A stretch of 64,000 bases of DNA. It comes from an uncultured virus (IMG/VR IMGVR_UViG_3300006467_000197). Taxonomy: Duplodnaviria > Heunggongvirae > Uroviricota > Caudoviricetes. The position numbers and the translations under genes are program-made. This document shows positions 1 to 10,149 of this stretch, piece by piece; position 1 is the stretch's first letter; each line of letters begins with the position of its first letter. The notes under the pieces were generated by a model that was not told the origin of the DNA, made no database searches, and saw only the letters and a list, made by a program, of their open reading frames with translations. Location of the stretch: IMG/VR virus record IMGVR_UViG_3300006467_000197; one strand, given 5' to 3'.

Positions 1-678
1 GCCATCATCATCCGAGTCAGCGACCGGCGTCGGACGGTTGAAATAATCAGCGATCTTCGTTTGAATATCTTCGATCTGTGCCCGCCATGCTTCGACAACG
101 GCCATCGGATCGGACGAAAGAGTCATTTTCGTATCGTCGCCGCCGTCATCATCGGTGTCGTCGCCGTCATCATCGATGTCGTCTTCATCTTCTTCGAATG
201 CTTCGATTTCTTCTTCGTCTTCATCTTCATCGATATTGTCGAAGGAAATGTCGCTCGAATTTTCAGTCGGATCAGTCGAAGGCGGAGCGAGGATTTCGTC
301 AATCGACTCCTGAATATTCGCCATCTTGGCAACAGAAGCAAACATGCTCTTGCGGAGCTTGCTGCCCATTTTTTCAGTTGTCAGGTCAGAAGATTCGAGA
401 TTGATTTCGATTGCGGTCATACCGCCCTCGATATACTGATCAGGTTCTTCTTTCGCATTACCGGTCGGCACGACGAACACAATTTCAGGTTCGGCGCGCA
501 ACACGGAATCGATGCGAACGTTTTCCGGCTCAAAGGTGTTTCCGACGAACGATGCATTGCGGCTCTTGGTCAGGCGAACGAACATCGCCACTTTGGCGGA
601 CGGGTTGAGAAGCGCCGCGCCGGGAATCGCCACTCCCGACTCGGGAAGAATGACGAGGCTGTTAGAGCTGTTAGACAT
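1..678 (-). CDS. Hypothetical protein with long Asp/Glu tract (partial, runs off left edge)
   Basis: Not in ORF track. ATG at 678 after GGAGA RBS; open frame MSNSSNSLVILPESG...DEDEDEEEIEAFEEDEDDIDDDGDD to position 1. Confidence 0.85.
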   Translation of the reverse strand, partial: MSNSSNSLVILPESGVAIPGAALLNPSAKVAMFVRLTKSRNASFVGNTFEPENVRIDSVLRAEPEIVFVVPTGNAKEEPDQYIEGGMTAIEINLESSDLTTEKMGSKLRKSMFASVAKMANIQESIDEILAPPSTDPTENSSDISFDNIDEDEDEEEIEAFEEDEDDIDDDGDDTDDDGGDDTKMTLSSDPMAVVEAWRAQIEDIQTKIADYFNRPTPVADSDDDG

Positions 679-736
679 TTTTTCAATTTCTCCATTTGGT
701 TTGTTGCTGGCTTGGATTTCTTGGCCTGCAGTAACT

Positions 737-783
737 ACTTTACCACTTCGCAACTATCAGGGCAAGACGGGGGCCAAAAGCCC
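737..783 (-). promoter_or_regulatory. Sigma70-like promoter TTGCCC-17-TAAAGT with upstream GGGCTTTT element
   Basis: -35 at 760-765, -10 at 737-742, 17-nt spacer, upstream of ORF starting at 678. Confidence 0.6.
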
Positions 784-827
784 CGTATTCATTGACTTTT
801 CAAGGCTTTTCCAGAATCAGCGAGTTA

Positions 828-1862
828 TTACACAGCTACCGGAGCTGAAATGACTTTGTGGCTTTCGTACTGGATTATCTGGAAATTTTCATAACCAAAG
901 TTAATCGCGTTCTCTGGAGAAGTCGTATCGTGCATATGGTTGAATAAATCGTGGACAAAGAGGCGTGATCCTTCCTTCTGGTAGCAATCTATACCATCAG
1001 TATCAAAGCCAATGACCGGAGTATCAAAGATACCCTTCCGCACATTGCGTAAATATTTATGAACTTGCGCAAGGTGGTTCTGATAGATGTGGAAGTCACC
1101 AAAGTTGAAGTGAAGCGTTCCGGGCTTGTAACCAGTTGCCAAGCCAATAAGCCATTGAAGCACAGCATACGAAGTAATGTTGAAAGGAACACCAAGGAAA
1201 GCGTCAGCGCTACGTTGCGTAACGATCAAGTCCAGTTCTTGCGTTTCGGGGCGCACTGAAAATTGAGCCATAGCGTGACAGGCAGGAAGCGCTTGAAGAT
1301 GCACAACGCCCGGATTGTAACCGACAAGCATATGACGGCGCGAGTTTGGGTTACTGCGAATTTGTTTAACAAGATTGAAAATTTGGTCGAATGTTGCACC
1401 GATACCTTTTTCTGCAAATTGGTGTTCTGGTGCAACTTTCCACTTACGCCATTGCTCGCCGTACACCGGACCAAGATCGCCTTCAGCGTCAGCCCACTCA
1501 TCCCAGATAGTCACGCCATAGCGTTTTAAATATTCAATGTTTGTGTCGCCACGCAGGAACCATACAAGTTCAACAAGCAAAGATTTTGTATGAATCTTCT
1601 TGCCAGTCAGAATAGGTAGAGTTGAAAGTTCCCAGCCACGCAGGTGTTCGGTGTTCTTATTCGGAGAAACACTTGGGAACCTCCAAGACATATTGACATT
1701 GAATAATGACAGAGTGCCAACGCCAGTTCGATCATCGTGCTCTTGACCATCTTGCAAAACACGCTCAAGAAGATCGGAATAGACGTAATCGATTGGAATC
1801 TCTAACGAGTCACGCTCATCAGTCTCATCGATTGTCGGAAGTATACTTGAATAATTGGTCAT
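828..1862 (-). CDS. thyA: Thymidylate synthase
   Basis: DRTGVGT, ELVWFLRG, IWDEWA, DLGPVYG, LPACH, QRSAD..LGVPFN and DFHIY motifs. Confidence 0.97.
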   Translation of the reverse strand: MTNYSSILPTIDETDERDSLEIPIDYVYSDLLERVLQDGQEHDDRTGVGTLSLFNVNMSWRFPSVSPNKNTEHLRGWELSTLPILTGKKIHTKSLLVELVWFLRGDTNIEYLKRYGVTIWDEWADAEGDLGPVYGEQWRKWKVAPEHQFAEKGIGATFDQIFNLVKQIRSNPNSRRHMLVGYNPGVVHLQALPACHAMAQFSVRPETQELDLIVTQRSADAFLGVPFNITSYAVLQWLIGLATGYKPGTLHFNFGDFHIYQNHLAQVHKYLRNVRKGIFDTPVIGFDTDGIDCYQKEGSRLFVHDLFNHMHDTTSPENAINFGYENFQIIQYESHKVISAPVAV

Positions 1863-1871
1863 CAGACTCTC

Positions 1872-2540
1872 CTATCGTGGTGCTACCGGTTCATCCGGCT
1901 GGTTCTGGTATTTGCCTTTGCGTGATTTATAGTTATGCATTGGCGGACGCTCAGTCATGAAAAATTGTACCTGCATAATACCTTCGAGCGGGTAGATACG
2001 AACAGGAACAGATTCAGAGTTTGCGATTTCGATTGTAATATGACCTTCCCAACCGGGCTCAAGCGGAGTGACGTTCACAAGCAAACCGCAGCGAGCATAG
2101 GTAGACTTGCCAACACAGATACCGCATACGTTGAAAGGCATCTTGAATTTTTCATAGCTTACACCGAGAATGTAGCTATGCGGCGGAATGTAGACTGGCT
2201 CATCCTCGAAGTCATGTTCGGTACGTTCTTCCCACGGAGGGAAAGTCCGAACTGAAAAATCATCGAACAAGTCTTTTGGCAATCTCTTCGGATCAATGAA
2301 GGGGTAACGGTTAGAGCGTGAGACTTTGAACTTGTTACCTAGGCGCACGTCATAACCGTAACTTGTCAGGCCATAGCTCAACGTTCCCGGCTTGCTTTCG
2401 CTTGTCCCTGCAAACGGTGTGATCATGCCACTGCCGCGTGCTAATTTTTCAATATCCATATCCGATAGGATAGAGTTCTTACACGGTCGGTCCATAAGGT
2501 GCTCCTGCTGATTTGCAGAAGCGTTTACCGGAATGCTCAT
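1872..2540 (-). CDS. dcd: dCTP deaminase
   Basis: SYGLTSYGYDVRL, GKSTYARCG, TPLEPGWEG and Y..RKGKYQNQ motifs. Confidence 0.96.
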   Translation of the reverse strand: MSIPVNASANQQEHLMDRPCKNSILSDMDIEKLARGSGMITPFAGTSESKPGTLSYGLTSYGYDVRLGNKFKVSRSNRYPFIDPKRLPKDLFDDFSVRTFPPWEERTEHDFEDEPVYIPPHSYILGVSYEKFKMPFNVCGICVGKSTYARCGLLVNVTPLEPGWEGHITIEIANSESVPVRIYPLEGIMQVQFFMTERPPMHNYKSRKGKYQNQPDEPVAPR

Positions 2541-2914
2541 GCGGCTTGTCTCTGACGTTCTTCTTTCTCAAAGTGTTCAACCAAAAACCTATTCGGATAT
2601 TTCATAGAGTGACGACGCCCCGCTTTCGTTTTGGGTGTGCGTCCTCTGAAGTTACTCATATACCATGTGCACCACTTCGAGTAATAAACGCTTGGTACGG
2701 TGTAACCAAACGTCAGTGTATTTCTGGACATGGCATCCATTGAAACATAATGAGCCTGAATAATTCCGGAATGGCACAGCCGCAGAGCAACTTTATCACA
2801 AGGCGAGAACATGAACTGACGGTACATCAATCCATGCGCCCGAATGTAGCAGAAATAATCAAACAGCTCCACTTCGGCTTGAGATAAGCCGAGTGCGCAC
2901 GCTGGATTTTGCAT
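2537..2914 (-). CDS. Hypothetical protein
   Basis: ORF coupled to dcd by ATGA overlap. Confidence 0.7.
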   Translation of the reverse strand: MQNPACALGLSQAEVELFDYFCYIRAHGLMYRQFMFSPCDKVALRLCHSGIIQAHYVSMDAMSRNTLTFGYTVPSVYYSKWCTWYMSNFRGRTPKTKAGRRHSMKYPNRFLVEHFEKEERQRQAA

Positions 2915-2920
2915 AAGCCC

Positions 2921-3310
2921 TTACCCTACTTTTGAATAATTCTCGTTGAGAATGTCGCTCACAAAAGACTGAATGTTTCTGCCGTAGTCAGTCAGCATGA
3001 CGTGGCTGGGCTTCTCCGGGTCTCTTTTAAGAACGCACCTCTTCTTGCCGATACGAATAGCTTGCCGTACTTCTTTTCTTGAAAATTCATTTGACAGAAG
3101 ATAAGACGCGCCGAAGATCGACTTACCGTTGGCGGGGAGTCTAGCAACCAAGATCGCAGTAGCACGATTATGATTGACTAAATCTCTCGCCAACTCTCGC
3201 AAGTCAGACTCTCTAAGAATATTCAAGGAACGCCACGCTTCATTGACTTTGACCTCACGGCCATTCGGGTTACGTGCGTGCCAGAACTCAGCAAATGAAA
3301 TCACACTCAT
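2921..3310 (-). CDS. Hypothetical protein, possible winged helix
   Basis: ATG at 3310 after GGAG; C-terminal LTDYGR wing-like motif. Confidence 0.7.
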   Translation of the reverse strand: MSVISFAEFWHARNPNGREVKVNEAWRSLNILRESDLRELARDLVNHNRATAILVARLPANGKSIFGASYLLSNEFSRKEVRQAIRIGKKRCVLKRDPEKPSHVMLTDYGRNIQSFVSDILNENYSKVG

Positions 3311-3358
3311 TGCATACACTCCAAATATTCAAACTCTACCAGCCCAAAGGACAAGCGG

Positions 3359-3387
3359 AATATATTGCGTGTACGAAACGAAGTCAA
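3359..3387 (-). promoter_or_regulatory. Sigma70-like promoter TTGACT-17-TATATT
   Basis: Near-consensus hexamers with 17-nt spacer in intergenic gap. Confidence 0.7.
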
Positions 3388-3422
3388 TTTCAATTCCCTT
3401 CTTAGGCGAGTTCTAACTGTTA

Positions 3423-4532
3423 TTAGATAGGCACAAGTTTACCGGTGCAGCTATTGCGAAACCACTCCATGAATGCATTCCACTTCGCAACAGAAAGACC
3501 GATGAAGCGACGGACGGCAGACATGAAACGTGTTGCACCGATGTCATCGAATATTTCAAGAACACTGGAAAAGTTGTAGTTGAGCTTTTCGCTTTGCTCT
3601 TTCAGGAAGTCAGCGACAATCCCATGCGCTTTACTATCTGCGCAACTTGAGAATATTTCAATTGCTGCATTTGACTTCTTGCATTCGCTTTTGTTCTTGA
3701 GCGCCTTCAAAGTTTCAAAACCATCGAACACGCGGCGACGCGTATCGGTCGTCGTATCCAAAGCTGCAAACCAGTAACGATCAAGCGAAGAGTCTTCTGT
3801 GCCTGAAAAATTAGCTTTCTCATCCAGAGAGACTGTTGTGTGAACGAACGTGCCGCCTTGGTTCACAATACGCGCTCGCTTAGCATACGTGTAGTGGCTG
3901 ATGATCTTTGAAATATAGTTCTGCGCACTGCGCACGATAGACGGTTTCTTGTGCTTCTCAACAAGAAACGGCGCAGTCAGGAAGAAAGACTCCAACGCGT
4001 TCATACTGACTTCGGCTTCCAAGTCATCTAGCGAAACAGGTTGCGAAGATGCGATGAACCAAAGCTTGGCGCGAACAACACCGTGGATTACGCGCTTCAC
4101 AGAACCTGAATAAATAAGGTCGTAAGCTTCTTGGCGTAATTTGTTTGGCGAAGGGATGCGGTTACCCTCTGCAATCCATGCGTCTGTCTTCGGACAATCA
4201 ATTGAGCGTGTGTGCATCCAAACCCAAACGTCATTATAGTTCAGACCAGCTTTATTGAATATTTGTATTGCGCGTGCGTAGTCTGCTGTGCGGCGACGGC
4301 AGGCTAGAAACGCCAACTTAAGCCGAACAGAAAAATCGAACTTGCACAGCATCGAGCGAACTTCCGGCATACGTGAAAAGTCTACAATCCCTGCAAACTC
4401 TTTATTGAAATTTCCTTCGCGAAGAATGTATCGCATTGACGCCCTCATCACTTCTACCGGATCAGCGTCACCGACAACTTTCATAATCTCAGTAAACAGC
4501 GGCGGGCGCTGGCGGAATGAAACATACCCCAT
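3423..4532 (-). CDS. Hypothetical protein, weakly sigma-factor-like
   Basis: About 370 aa helical ORF with GGAG RBS; LDDLEAEV segment loosely like sigma region 2. Confidence 0.75.
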   Translation of the reverse strand: MGYVSFRQRPPLFTEIMKVVGDADPVEVMRASMRYILREGNFNKEFAGIVDFSRMPEVRSMLCKFDFSVRLKLAFLACRRRTADYARAIQIFNKAGLNYNDVWVWMHTRSIDCPKTDAWIAEGNRIPSPNKLRQEAYDLIYSGSVKRVIHGVVRAKLWFIASSQPVSLDDLEAEVSMNALESFFLTAPFLVEKHKKPSIVRSAQNYISKIISHYTYAKRARIVNQGGTFVHTTVSLDEKANFSGTEDSSLDRYWFAALDTTTDTRRRVFDGFETLKALKNKSECKKSNAAIEIFSSCADSKAHGIVADFLKEQSEKLNYNFSSVLEIFDDIGATRFMSAVRRFIGLSVAKWNAFMEWFRNSCTGKLVPI

Positions 4533-4637
4533 GACAATCTCCATAATTTTTCATTGAGCAGTCAGCGTCTAAAATCTACTTTGCAAAACCTGCCTAGTTC
4601 CTGCTTACAACTTAGACAGTACACGTCCAAACGTGCG

Positions 4638-4670
4638 AAAGGCCCGACACCTTTTAGATGCCGAGCCTTT
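4638..4670 (-). terminator. Intrinsic terminator
   Basis: AAAGGCTCGGCATC/GGTGTCGGGCCTTT hairpin after ORF 4688-5548. Confidence 0.6.
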
Positions 4671-4687
4671 GAATATTTTGAAATGTG

Positions 4688-5548
4688 CTACGCGCGCTTG
4701 CGAGACTTCTTCTTGACGATGCGCGTAGACTTCTTGGCCGTAGCTTTTTTCACGGCTGGCTTGCGGACCTTCTTGGCCTTGGTGGCCTTGCCTTTGACAA
4801 TGCCGCCGATTTTGACAGTACGGAACTCGCCGTCATCAAAAACATCACTCGGCTTGGTGCCGGTGACCTTGGACAGCTTGCCTTCGACTTCGCCGGTCTT
4901 GCCGTCAGTACGCCGTGCAGTCGAAAGATCACGGAGACCGCCACGCGGAGGCTTCGGGGCATTACCCAGCAATTTTTCAGTCTTTGGACAAACCAGCTTG
5001 CCAGCGCTGATCATCTTGGCCTTCATCGATGCGAATTTTTCAACCGTGATGATCGAGTCATGCAGCATGGTCGCGGCGAAACCGTCAACGCCTTGCAGGT
5101 GAACGTTTTTCGCATTGGCCCAGACAACCCGAGCAAGCGCATAATGGTTCATATGCGTACCGGGCTGGAACAGGCGAATAACAACCGGCTGGCCGAGGTA
5201 GAAACCATGCTTCCGAGTGAGCGCCTCGTTACGGCACACTGCGGCCATAACAAGCAGGTCTTTTGTGGATGCCGAACGGATCAGGCGCGACAGGTGCAAG
5301 CCTGAATTATTCACACCAAAATCAATTTCAGTAGGTGAGACCGAAAAAGATTTGCACGGCTTGCTGAAGGATTTGACGCCGAGCTTGGAACAAACGTCAC
5401 TGAAGTGAGCAATGCGCTTGTAGTGGTTGCACGAACCGCAACGCAGGCCACGAATGACCAGATTGCGCGGATCGTCTTCAGGGGTAGCGGCCACGTCGCC
5501 CGCTTTACCGGCTTTGCCCTGAATAATTGTCGTTTTTGCCTTAGCCAT
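4688..5548 (-). CDS. Cys-rich (Zn-binding) protein with histone H1-like Lys/Ala tail
   Basis: CGSCNHY...C...PC cluster; tail KATKAKKVRKPAVKKATAKK. Confidence 0.8.
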   Translation of the reverse strand: MAKAKTTIIQGKAGKAGDVAATPEDDPRNLVIRGLRCGSCNHYKRIAHFSDVCSKLGVKSFSKPCKSFSVSPTEIDFGVNNSGLHLSRLIRSASTKDLLVMAAVCRNEALTRKHGFYLGQPVVIRLFQPGTHMNHYALARVVWANAKNVHLQGVDGFAATMLHDSIITVEKFASMKAKMISAGKLVCPKTEKLLGNAPKPPRGGLRDLSTARRTDGKTGEVEGKLSKVTGTKPSDVFDDGEFRTVKIGGIVKGKATKAKKVRKPAVKKATAKKSTRIVKKKSRKRA

Positions 5549-5581
5549 TTATGACTCCCGTGTCTGGCTGGATTTGACTGG

Positions 5582-5625
5582 ACCGTATCAGGCCTGACCA
5601 CCCCTGACAAGAGGGTCAAAAGCCC
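5582..5625 (-). promoter_or_regulatory. Sigma70-like promoter TTGTCA-17-TACGGT with upstream GGGCTTTT element
   Basis: -35 at 5605-5610, -10 at 5582-5587. Confidence 0.55.
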
Positions 5626-5658
5626 GTGTTTTTCGGGGAAATAGCTTTCCTGTGGAAA

Positions 5659-6168
5659 TCAGTTATCGAGGCGGCGGGGGCTAATTATGCGCGGGTCTTC
5701 CTGTATAGGAGCCCGCCCGCCGAACGATTCGGGGGTATAGCCTAGCGCCTCTTTAACGATCTTCATTGTGACTGATTCCATCAAGGCTTGGATTGACTTT
5801 GCTCCGAGTAATGTCTTTGCACGGTGCAAATCAACAAGCTGCTCCCTCGTTAATGAAAAAATCACATCATGGTTCTTCCTGCTGCCTCCATGGGGAATGA
5901 TCCCTTTTTCGTAGTTTCTTTTGGCAGTTATGATTGTTGTTATGAGTCTGCCGTTTTCTGGAAGCTCCGCACGCTGAAAGTTTTCTTTTGGCATGAGAAG
6001 CTTTTTGTTGTTGCGTGCCAAGGATTCCGCTTGTCGGTGAACATCTTGGTGACAACCAGCGCACAAATGAAATAATGGCTGCTTGAACGGCCCGCCGTAT
6101 CCAGTTGGGTACGGGTGATGACCGTCTAAGCTCTCTCTGTGTTGTAAACAGATCGGACAAATTTTCAT
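5659..6168 (-). CDS. HNH endonuclease-domain protein
   Basis: CPIC...GHH...LFHLCAGCHQDVH; likely start MKICPIC just after the upstream stop. Confidence 0.8.
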   Translation of the reverse strand: MKICPICLQHRESLDGHHPYPTGYGGPFKQPLFHLCAGCHQDVHRQAESLARNNKKLLMPKENFQRAELPENGRLITTIITAKRNYEKGIIPHGGSRKNHDVIFSLTREQLVDLHRAKTLLGAKSIQALMESVTMKIVKEALGYTPESFGGRAPIQEDPRIISPRRLDN

Positions 6169-6172
6169 TTGA

Positions 6173-7615
6173 TTACTTTTTGGTGCGTTTGCGTTTGCCT
6201 TTCCGATTAGTAGATTTGATTTTGGAAACGTATTCTTCACGAAGCTTCTTGGTAAGCTCGGCCTTTTCCGTGCGCATTTCCCGTATCACTTTGGCAGCAT
6301 TCTTTTTGCGCTCTGAAAATTTAGCGATACTGGACTCTACGTCATTAAGTTTGCTGTTTACCTTAGCCAGCTCGAACTCTGCAGAACTTTTTCGTTTAAT
6401 GTTGTTCTGGTTGGTAGCGACTTCGACCTTGGACTCCCAATCGCGCTGTGCCGAAAGAAGTTGCTGTTTCTCTCGTTCTAATAATTCAAGACTTTTGATT
6501 GCCCGATTGAGCCGACCGACTACCGCACGGCCACGAGTATCAAACTCGATCATCGTTTCATGAGAGTTGATGAAATTTTCAAGTTGACCAACTTTGTGCT
6601 TTGGCTTCTTTGTCTGCCGTGATTGAGACGCCCATGGGAACGCGGCTTGGTCTATGCTCTTGAATGGCGAAAGCATGTTAAGCATCAGGACTGGCATAGC
6701 AACGCGGAACTCTAGGTTCTTTGAAGCATGGTCACGGAATGACGACTCAGCGTCAGGGAAAGCAAACCGCTCGCCTGTAGCTTTCTCCCATTTTTTCAAT
6801 TCAACGCGCGCAGCTTCAATAGGATCATCGCAGTCAGGATTGACGTAGACCAGAGGAAGCTTCTCGAATAGATAGAAGCCTGAACCAATGTTTTGAATAT
6901 TAAGGTCAACAGAATTGATACCGCCAAAATTGAACTGGCCTTGAATGAGAACAGGTGCTTCGAACACGCCAGCAACTTCGTCAGTACCTAGCACATTGGT
7001 TGGGGCTTCTTCTTTGAACTTTGAAAATTTGTCGAGTGCAGCAAGTGACTTCGATTCAAAGTCGTTATTCTGTTCAACCTTTGTAGCTTTGCTTATCTTG
7101 GCGCGCTCTTTTTGCTTCTTGCTTTCTTGTTTCTTTTCGAACTTGTTGAAAGCTTCTTTCAGATCGTCAAGCGAACGAATACCGGTAATTGAAATATCTT
7201 CCTCGTCATCAAGGTCTGGATCAATTTCTTTGTCATGTGCCTTATCGACGTTGGTTTGCAGCGAGTGCCGGTGCTTCGAGATTGCGTTGTCCAAAGCGTG
7301 CAAAATGCTGGACAATTTTTCAAGAACTTCAGAGTAGGTTTGCGCAATGTCTTCTGCGTACTCTTCAAGTTCGTCTTCATCGAGCGTGTTGATACTGGCC
7401 AGAGAGTTGATAGCTATATCGAGGGCTTTAAATGCAGGCCGCGCCATAGCTTTGTGCTCTGTTGTCACCTTTCCTTGAATATTTGTCAGGTTTTCATACA
7501 GGTCAGTGACTGGCTTGTTCATGAGCGCTTGCAGATCGCGCTTGTAGTTGGAAAGAATACCCACTTTCTGGGAAGCGGGAATTTTGCTGGAATGAGTTAG
7601 ACGGGCGATACCCAT
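6173..7615 (-). CDS. Coiled-coil hypothetical protein
   Basis: 480 aa ORF with heptad-rich termini and basic tail. Confidence 0.8.
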   Translation of the reverse strand: MGIARLTHSSKIPASQKVGILSNYKRDLQALMNKPVTDLYENLTNIQGKVTTEHKAMARPAFKALDIAINSLASINTLDEDELEEYAEDIAQTYSEVLEKLSSILHALDNAISKHRHSLQTNVDKAHDKEIDPDLDDEEDISITGIRSLDDLKEAFNKFEKKQESKKQKERAKISKATKVEQNNDFESKSLAALDKFSKFKEEAPTNVLGTDEVAGVFEAPVLIQGQFNFGGINSVDLNIQNIGSGFYLFEKLPLVYVNPDCDDPIEAARVELKKWEKATGERFAFPDAESSFRDHASKNLEFRVAMPVLMLNMLSPFKSIDQAAFPWASQSRQTKKPKHKVGQLENFINSHETMIEFDTRGRAVVGRLNRAIKSLELLEREKQQLLSAQRDWESKVEVATNQNNIKRKSSAEFELAKVNSKLNDVESSIAKFSERKKNAAKVIREMRTEKAELTKKLREEYVSKIKSTNRKGKRKRTKK

Positions 7616-7686
7616 GGCTGCACCTATTTATTCAAAAATCCGAAAAACTATTATGCTTGAACTGGCTTTCGCTGTAAAGCGAAATC

Positions 7687-9099
7687 TCAGCCGAGGGCTG
7701 CTAACTTCTTGATGCAGCTTTCTTCCGGATTATTCAAAGATGCTTTCGTATCAACAATGTCCTGAGTTAGCTTTTGAATTGTCTTGCGAACAGTCGATTG
7801 TTCCATAGCCGACAAAGAACGAAGTGTGCGAGACAAAACCAGCTCTGCTTCTTCCTTTTTAATTTTCAAGAGTTTGGCAACCCGCTCAGTCAACGGCACG
7901 TTGTCTTTCTTGGAAATCAGTTTGGCTAATGCAACAACTTGTTTCGATGCACGAAGCAGAACGCGCTCATTGCGAACTTTGGTTTCCAGCTTAGCCAACC
8001 GATGCTGCAGCATCCGGACTTCAAGGTCGATCCGCCACTCAGCCCAATCTTTGAAAATATCGATGACAGGAAGCTCAGCAAAGTCGGCAGTTGTTTCGTC
8101 GCCATCTTTTGTCAGCTCACGAACTGTGATTGCAGTAGAATACTTGACGCGCTTGGTGAAGTATTTTTTCACAATCTGTTCTGCCAGCTCATTCACTTCC
8201 TTGGTGTTGACACTTGGCTTGAACTCAATGATGTATCGAATGTCATCCGTTGTTTCATTCATAACAGAGCGAACAGTCTGTAGGTCTTGAACCTGTTTGA
8301 TCTTCTGCTCAATATTCATTGCAGCAGCGTTCGAGTTGATGAAGAGTTGACGCTTGTTTGCATCGACGTTGTAATCAACTTCAAACTCAACGGAGCACAC
8401 ACCTTCAGTAAACAATTTTTCAATGTCTTCTGTTGGAGTGATGCAATTACCTCCGCCGCGATACTCAAACTCAACGTTCTTTGCCAGCCACTTTGCGGTC
8501 GGCTTCACGCCGGACAGGAACTTCTTTGTTGCAGTCTTGATGAATTTTTCAGTGAACGCCGGGAATGTTGTAGATACACCAACCGCAATCCCTTGCGCTG
8601 CCGAGAAAAAGATCGTTGGTACAAGAGCAGGTAGAACAACCGGTTCTTTGAGAGTGTTGTCGTAGTTCGGTGCAAGCTCTGTCACTTCCAAATATTCAGG
8701 ATCAAGCAGATACTTCACAGAGAACTCTGACAACCGGCATTCGGTGTAACGCATAGAAGCTGCGTTGTCGCCGGTCGCCGGGTTGCCCCAATTCCCGCCA
8801 CCGTCAACAAACGGAGTTGAAAAATTAGCCATGGTGACCAGTGCACCGTAAATGGCAAGGTCACCGTGCGAGTGATAGTTACCCATCGTTTCACCGACAA
8901 TACGCGCAGACTTACGAAACTGTTCTGCGTTGCCGAGATTTTTCATGGCCCAGAGAATACGCCGTTGAACCGGCTTGAGACCGTCGCGCAAATCAGGAAT
9001 GGCGCGATCTTCGATTGTTTTTAGTCCGTACACCTTCATCGCTTTTTGAATAAATCGATCAGGAGACTGGACAACGACTTTTGCGGCAATGTCAGACAT
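7687..9099 (-). CDS. gyrA: Type IIA topoisomerase subunit A (GyrA/ParC/gp52-like, no C-terminal pinwheel)
   Basis: RAIPDLRDGLKPVQRRILWAM, KSARIVG, YHSHGD, catalytic ASMRYTE, GIAVG. Confidence 0.95.
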   Translation of the reverse strand: MSDIAAKVVVQSPDRFIQKAMKVYGLKTIEDRAIPDLRDGLKPVQRRILWAMKNLGNAEQFRKSARIVGETMGNYHSHGDLAIYGALVTMANFSTPFVDGGGNWGNPATGDNAASMRYTECRLSEFSVKYLLDPEYLEVTELAPNYDNTLKEPVVLPALVPTIFFSAAQGIAVGVSTTFPAFTEKFIKTATKKFLSGVKPTAKWLAKNVEFEYRGGGNCITPTEDIEKLFTEGVCSVEFEVDYNVDANKRQLFINSNAAAMNIEQKIKQVQDLQTVRSVMNETTDDIRYIIEFKPSVNTKEVNELAEQIVKKYFTKRVKYSTAITVRELTKDGDETTADFAELPVIDIFKDWAEWRIDLEVRMLQHRLAKLETKVRNERVLLRASKQVVALAKLISKKDNVPLTERVAKLLKIKKEEAELVLSRTLRSLSAMEQSTVRKTIQKLTQDIVDTKASLNNPEESCIKKLAALG

Positions 9100-9110
9100 A
9101 GCTACCTCGA

Positions 9111-9989
9111 CTATTCGATTTCTTCTGCAACAAAGCGAGCAATGCGCAGTGTAGCCGGATCGCCAATGCGAGACTTGAAAATTATCCGGCCTTCAAGCCA
9201 GTCGATCATTTCGCGCGCATCTTCGATTGTCGGGAACTGTGCTGTTTTGTTTGAGAAAGAACGAATGCGAATGCGCCGGGCTTCCGGAAGCTCGTCACCT
9301 GAATTGAAAATAAGCGGGCGTGCATTCGACTCCCACGTAATCCAGCCGTTGTTGCCTTCGAGGTCTTCACAGCAAATATGAAAATATGGGTCTTCAGTAC
9401 CTTCGATGACTGAGGCGCGCATTGAAGCTTCTTCATTCAGGTTGAACATATCGTTCTTGCCGCGATTAACTTCATTGGTCAGGCGTTCGTTTGTTGCGTG
9501 CAGGTGATCAAGCTGACGTTCAAGCTCAGCAATGCGTGCGCCGGACTCTGAGGCAGAGGTAAACAAAGCACTGAAAATTGATTGAAGGGAGATACCAAGC
9601 TGCAGAGCTTCACGAGTTGAAAAAAGCTCGCCTTCGGCTGAAGGTTTGTAAAGGCCAGTCGCAATTCCGATTTTCTGGATCATGCGGGCGAGTGCGTCAT
9701 GTGAACGAAGTTCATTCAGGAACTGCGCACGTTCGGTAATGCGAGCTTCAACAAGTTCCTGATCTTTGATGCCGAGTTCCTTCGCGATACGAGCGAGCGC
9801 AACGTCTCCGAGGCGGCGCTTGTAATCAATTTTCATGTCACGCCGCATTGTCGCGGCAGATTCGATTTTCGTTTTGCGATAAAACTTCTCTGCCTCTGCC
9901 GCTGTTGCTTCATCCGAAAGTTCTTCGGTAACAGAACGAGGCAACGTAATGTTCGCCTGTTCAAATGCTTTAATAATTTGATCCCGCAT
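9111..9989 (-). CDS. Hypothetical coiled-coil protein between the topoisomerase subunit genes
   Basis: 292 aa ORF with GAGG RBS. Confidence 0.85.
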   Translation of the reverse strand: MRDQIIKAFEQANITLPRSVTEELSDEATAAEAEKFYRKTKIESAATMRRDMKIDYKRRLGDVALARIAKELGIKDQELVEARITERAQFLNELRSHDALARMIQKIGIATGLYKPSAEGELFSTREALQLGISLQSIFSALFTSASESGARIAELERQLDHLHATNERLTNEVNRGKNDMFNLNEEASMRASVIEGTEDPYFHICCEDLEGNNGWITWESNARPLIFNSGDELPEARRIRIRSFSNKTAQFPTIEDAREMIDWLEGRIIFKSRIGDPATLRIARFVAEEIE

Positions 9990-10149
9990 ATTCCTCTTGC
10001 TCCCTATTGAATAAATACAGGTGTGGGTGTAGAACCACCTATTCTACCTGCTTTGTTCCCTGCCTACAAGGTGATGTAGGTTCATCCCGCAACCTGTTGA
10101 TCTTATTGGGGTTTTCGATAAACCGTTGCGGGTCCGAAACGATATGTTA

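Noticed and set aside
61..795. 244-aa plus-strand ORF and His/Arg-rich ORFs
   Set aside because: Antisense shadows of the real minus-strand acidic gene (1-678), which has an RBS and promoter.
828..1862. Base-modifying dCMP hydroxymethylase instead of ThyA
   Set aside because: Retains the dUMP-specific Asn in LGVPFN and has a DHFR partner, consistent with ordinary dTMP synthesis.
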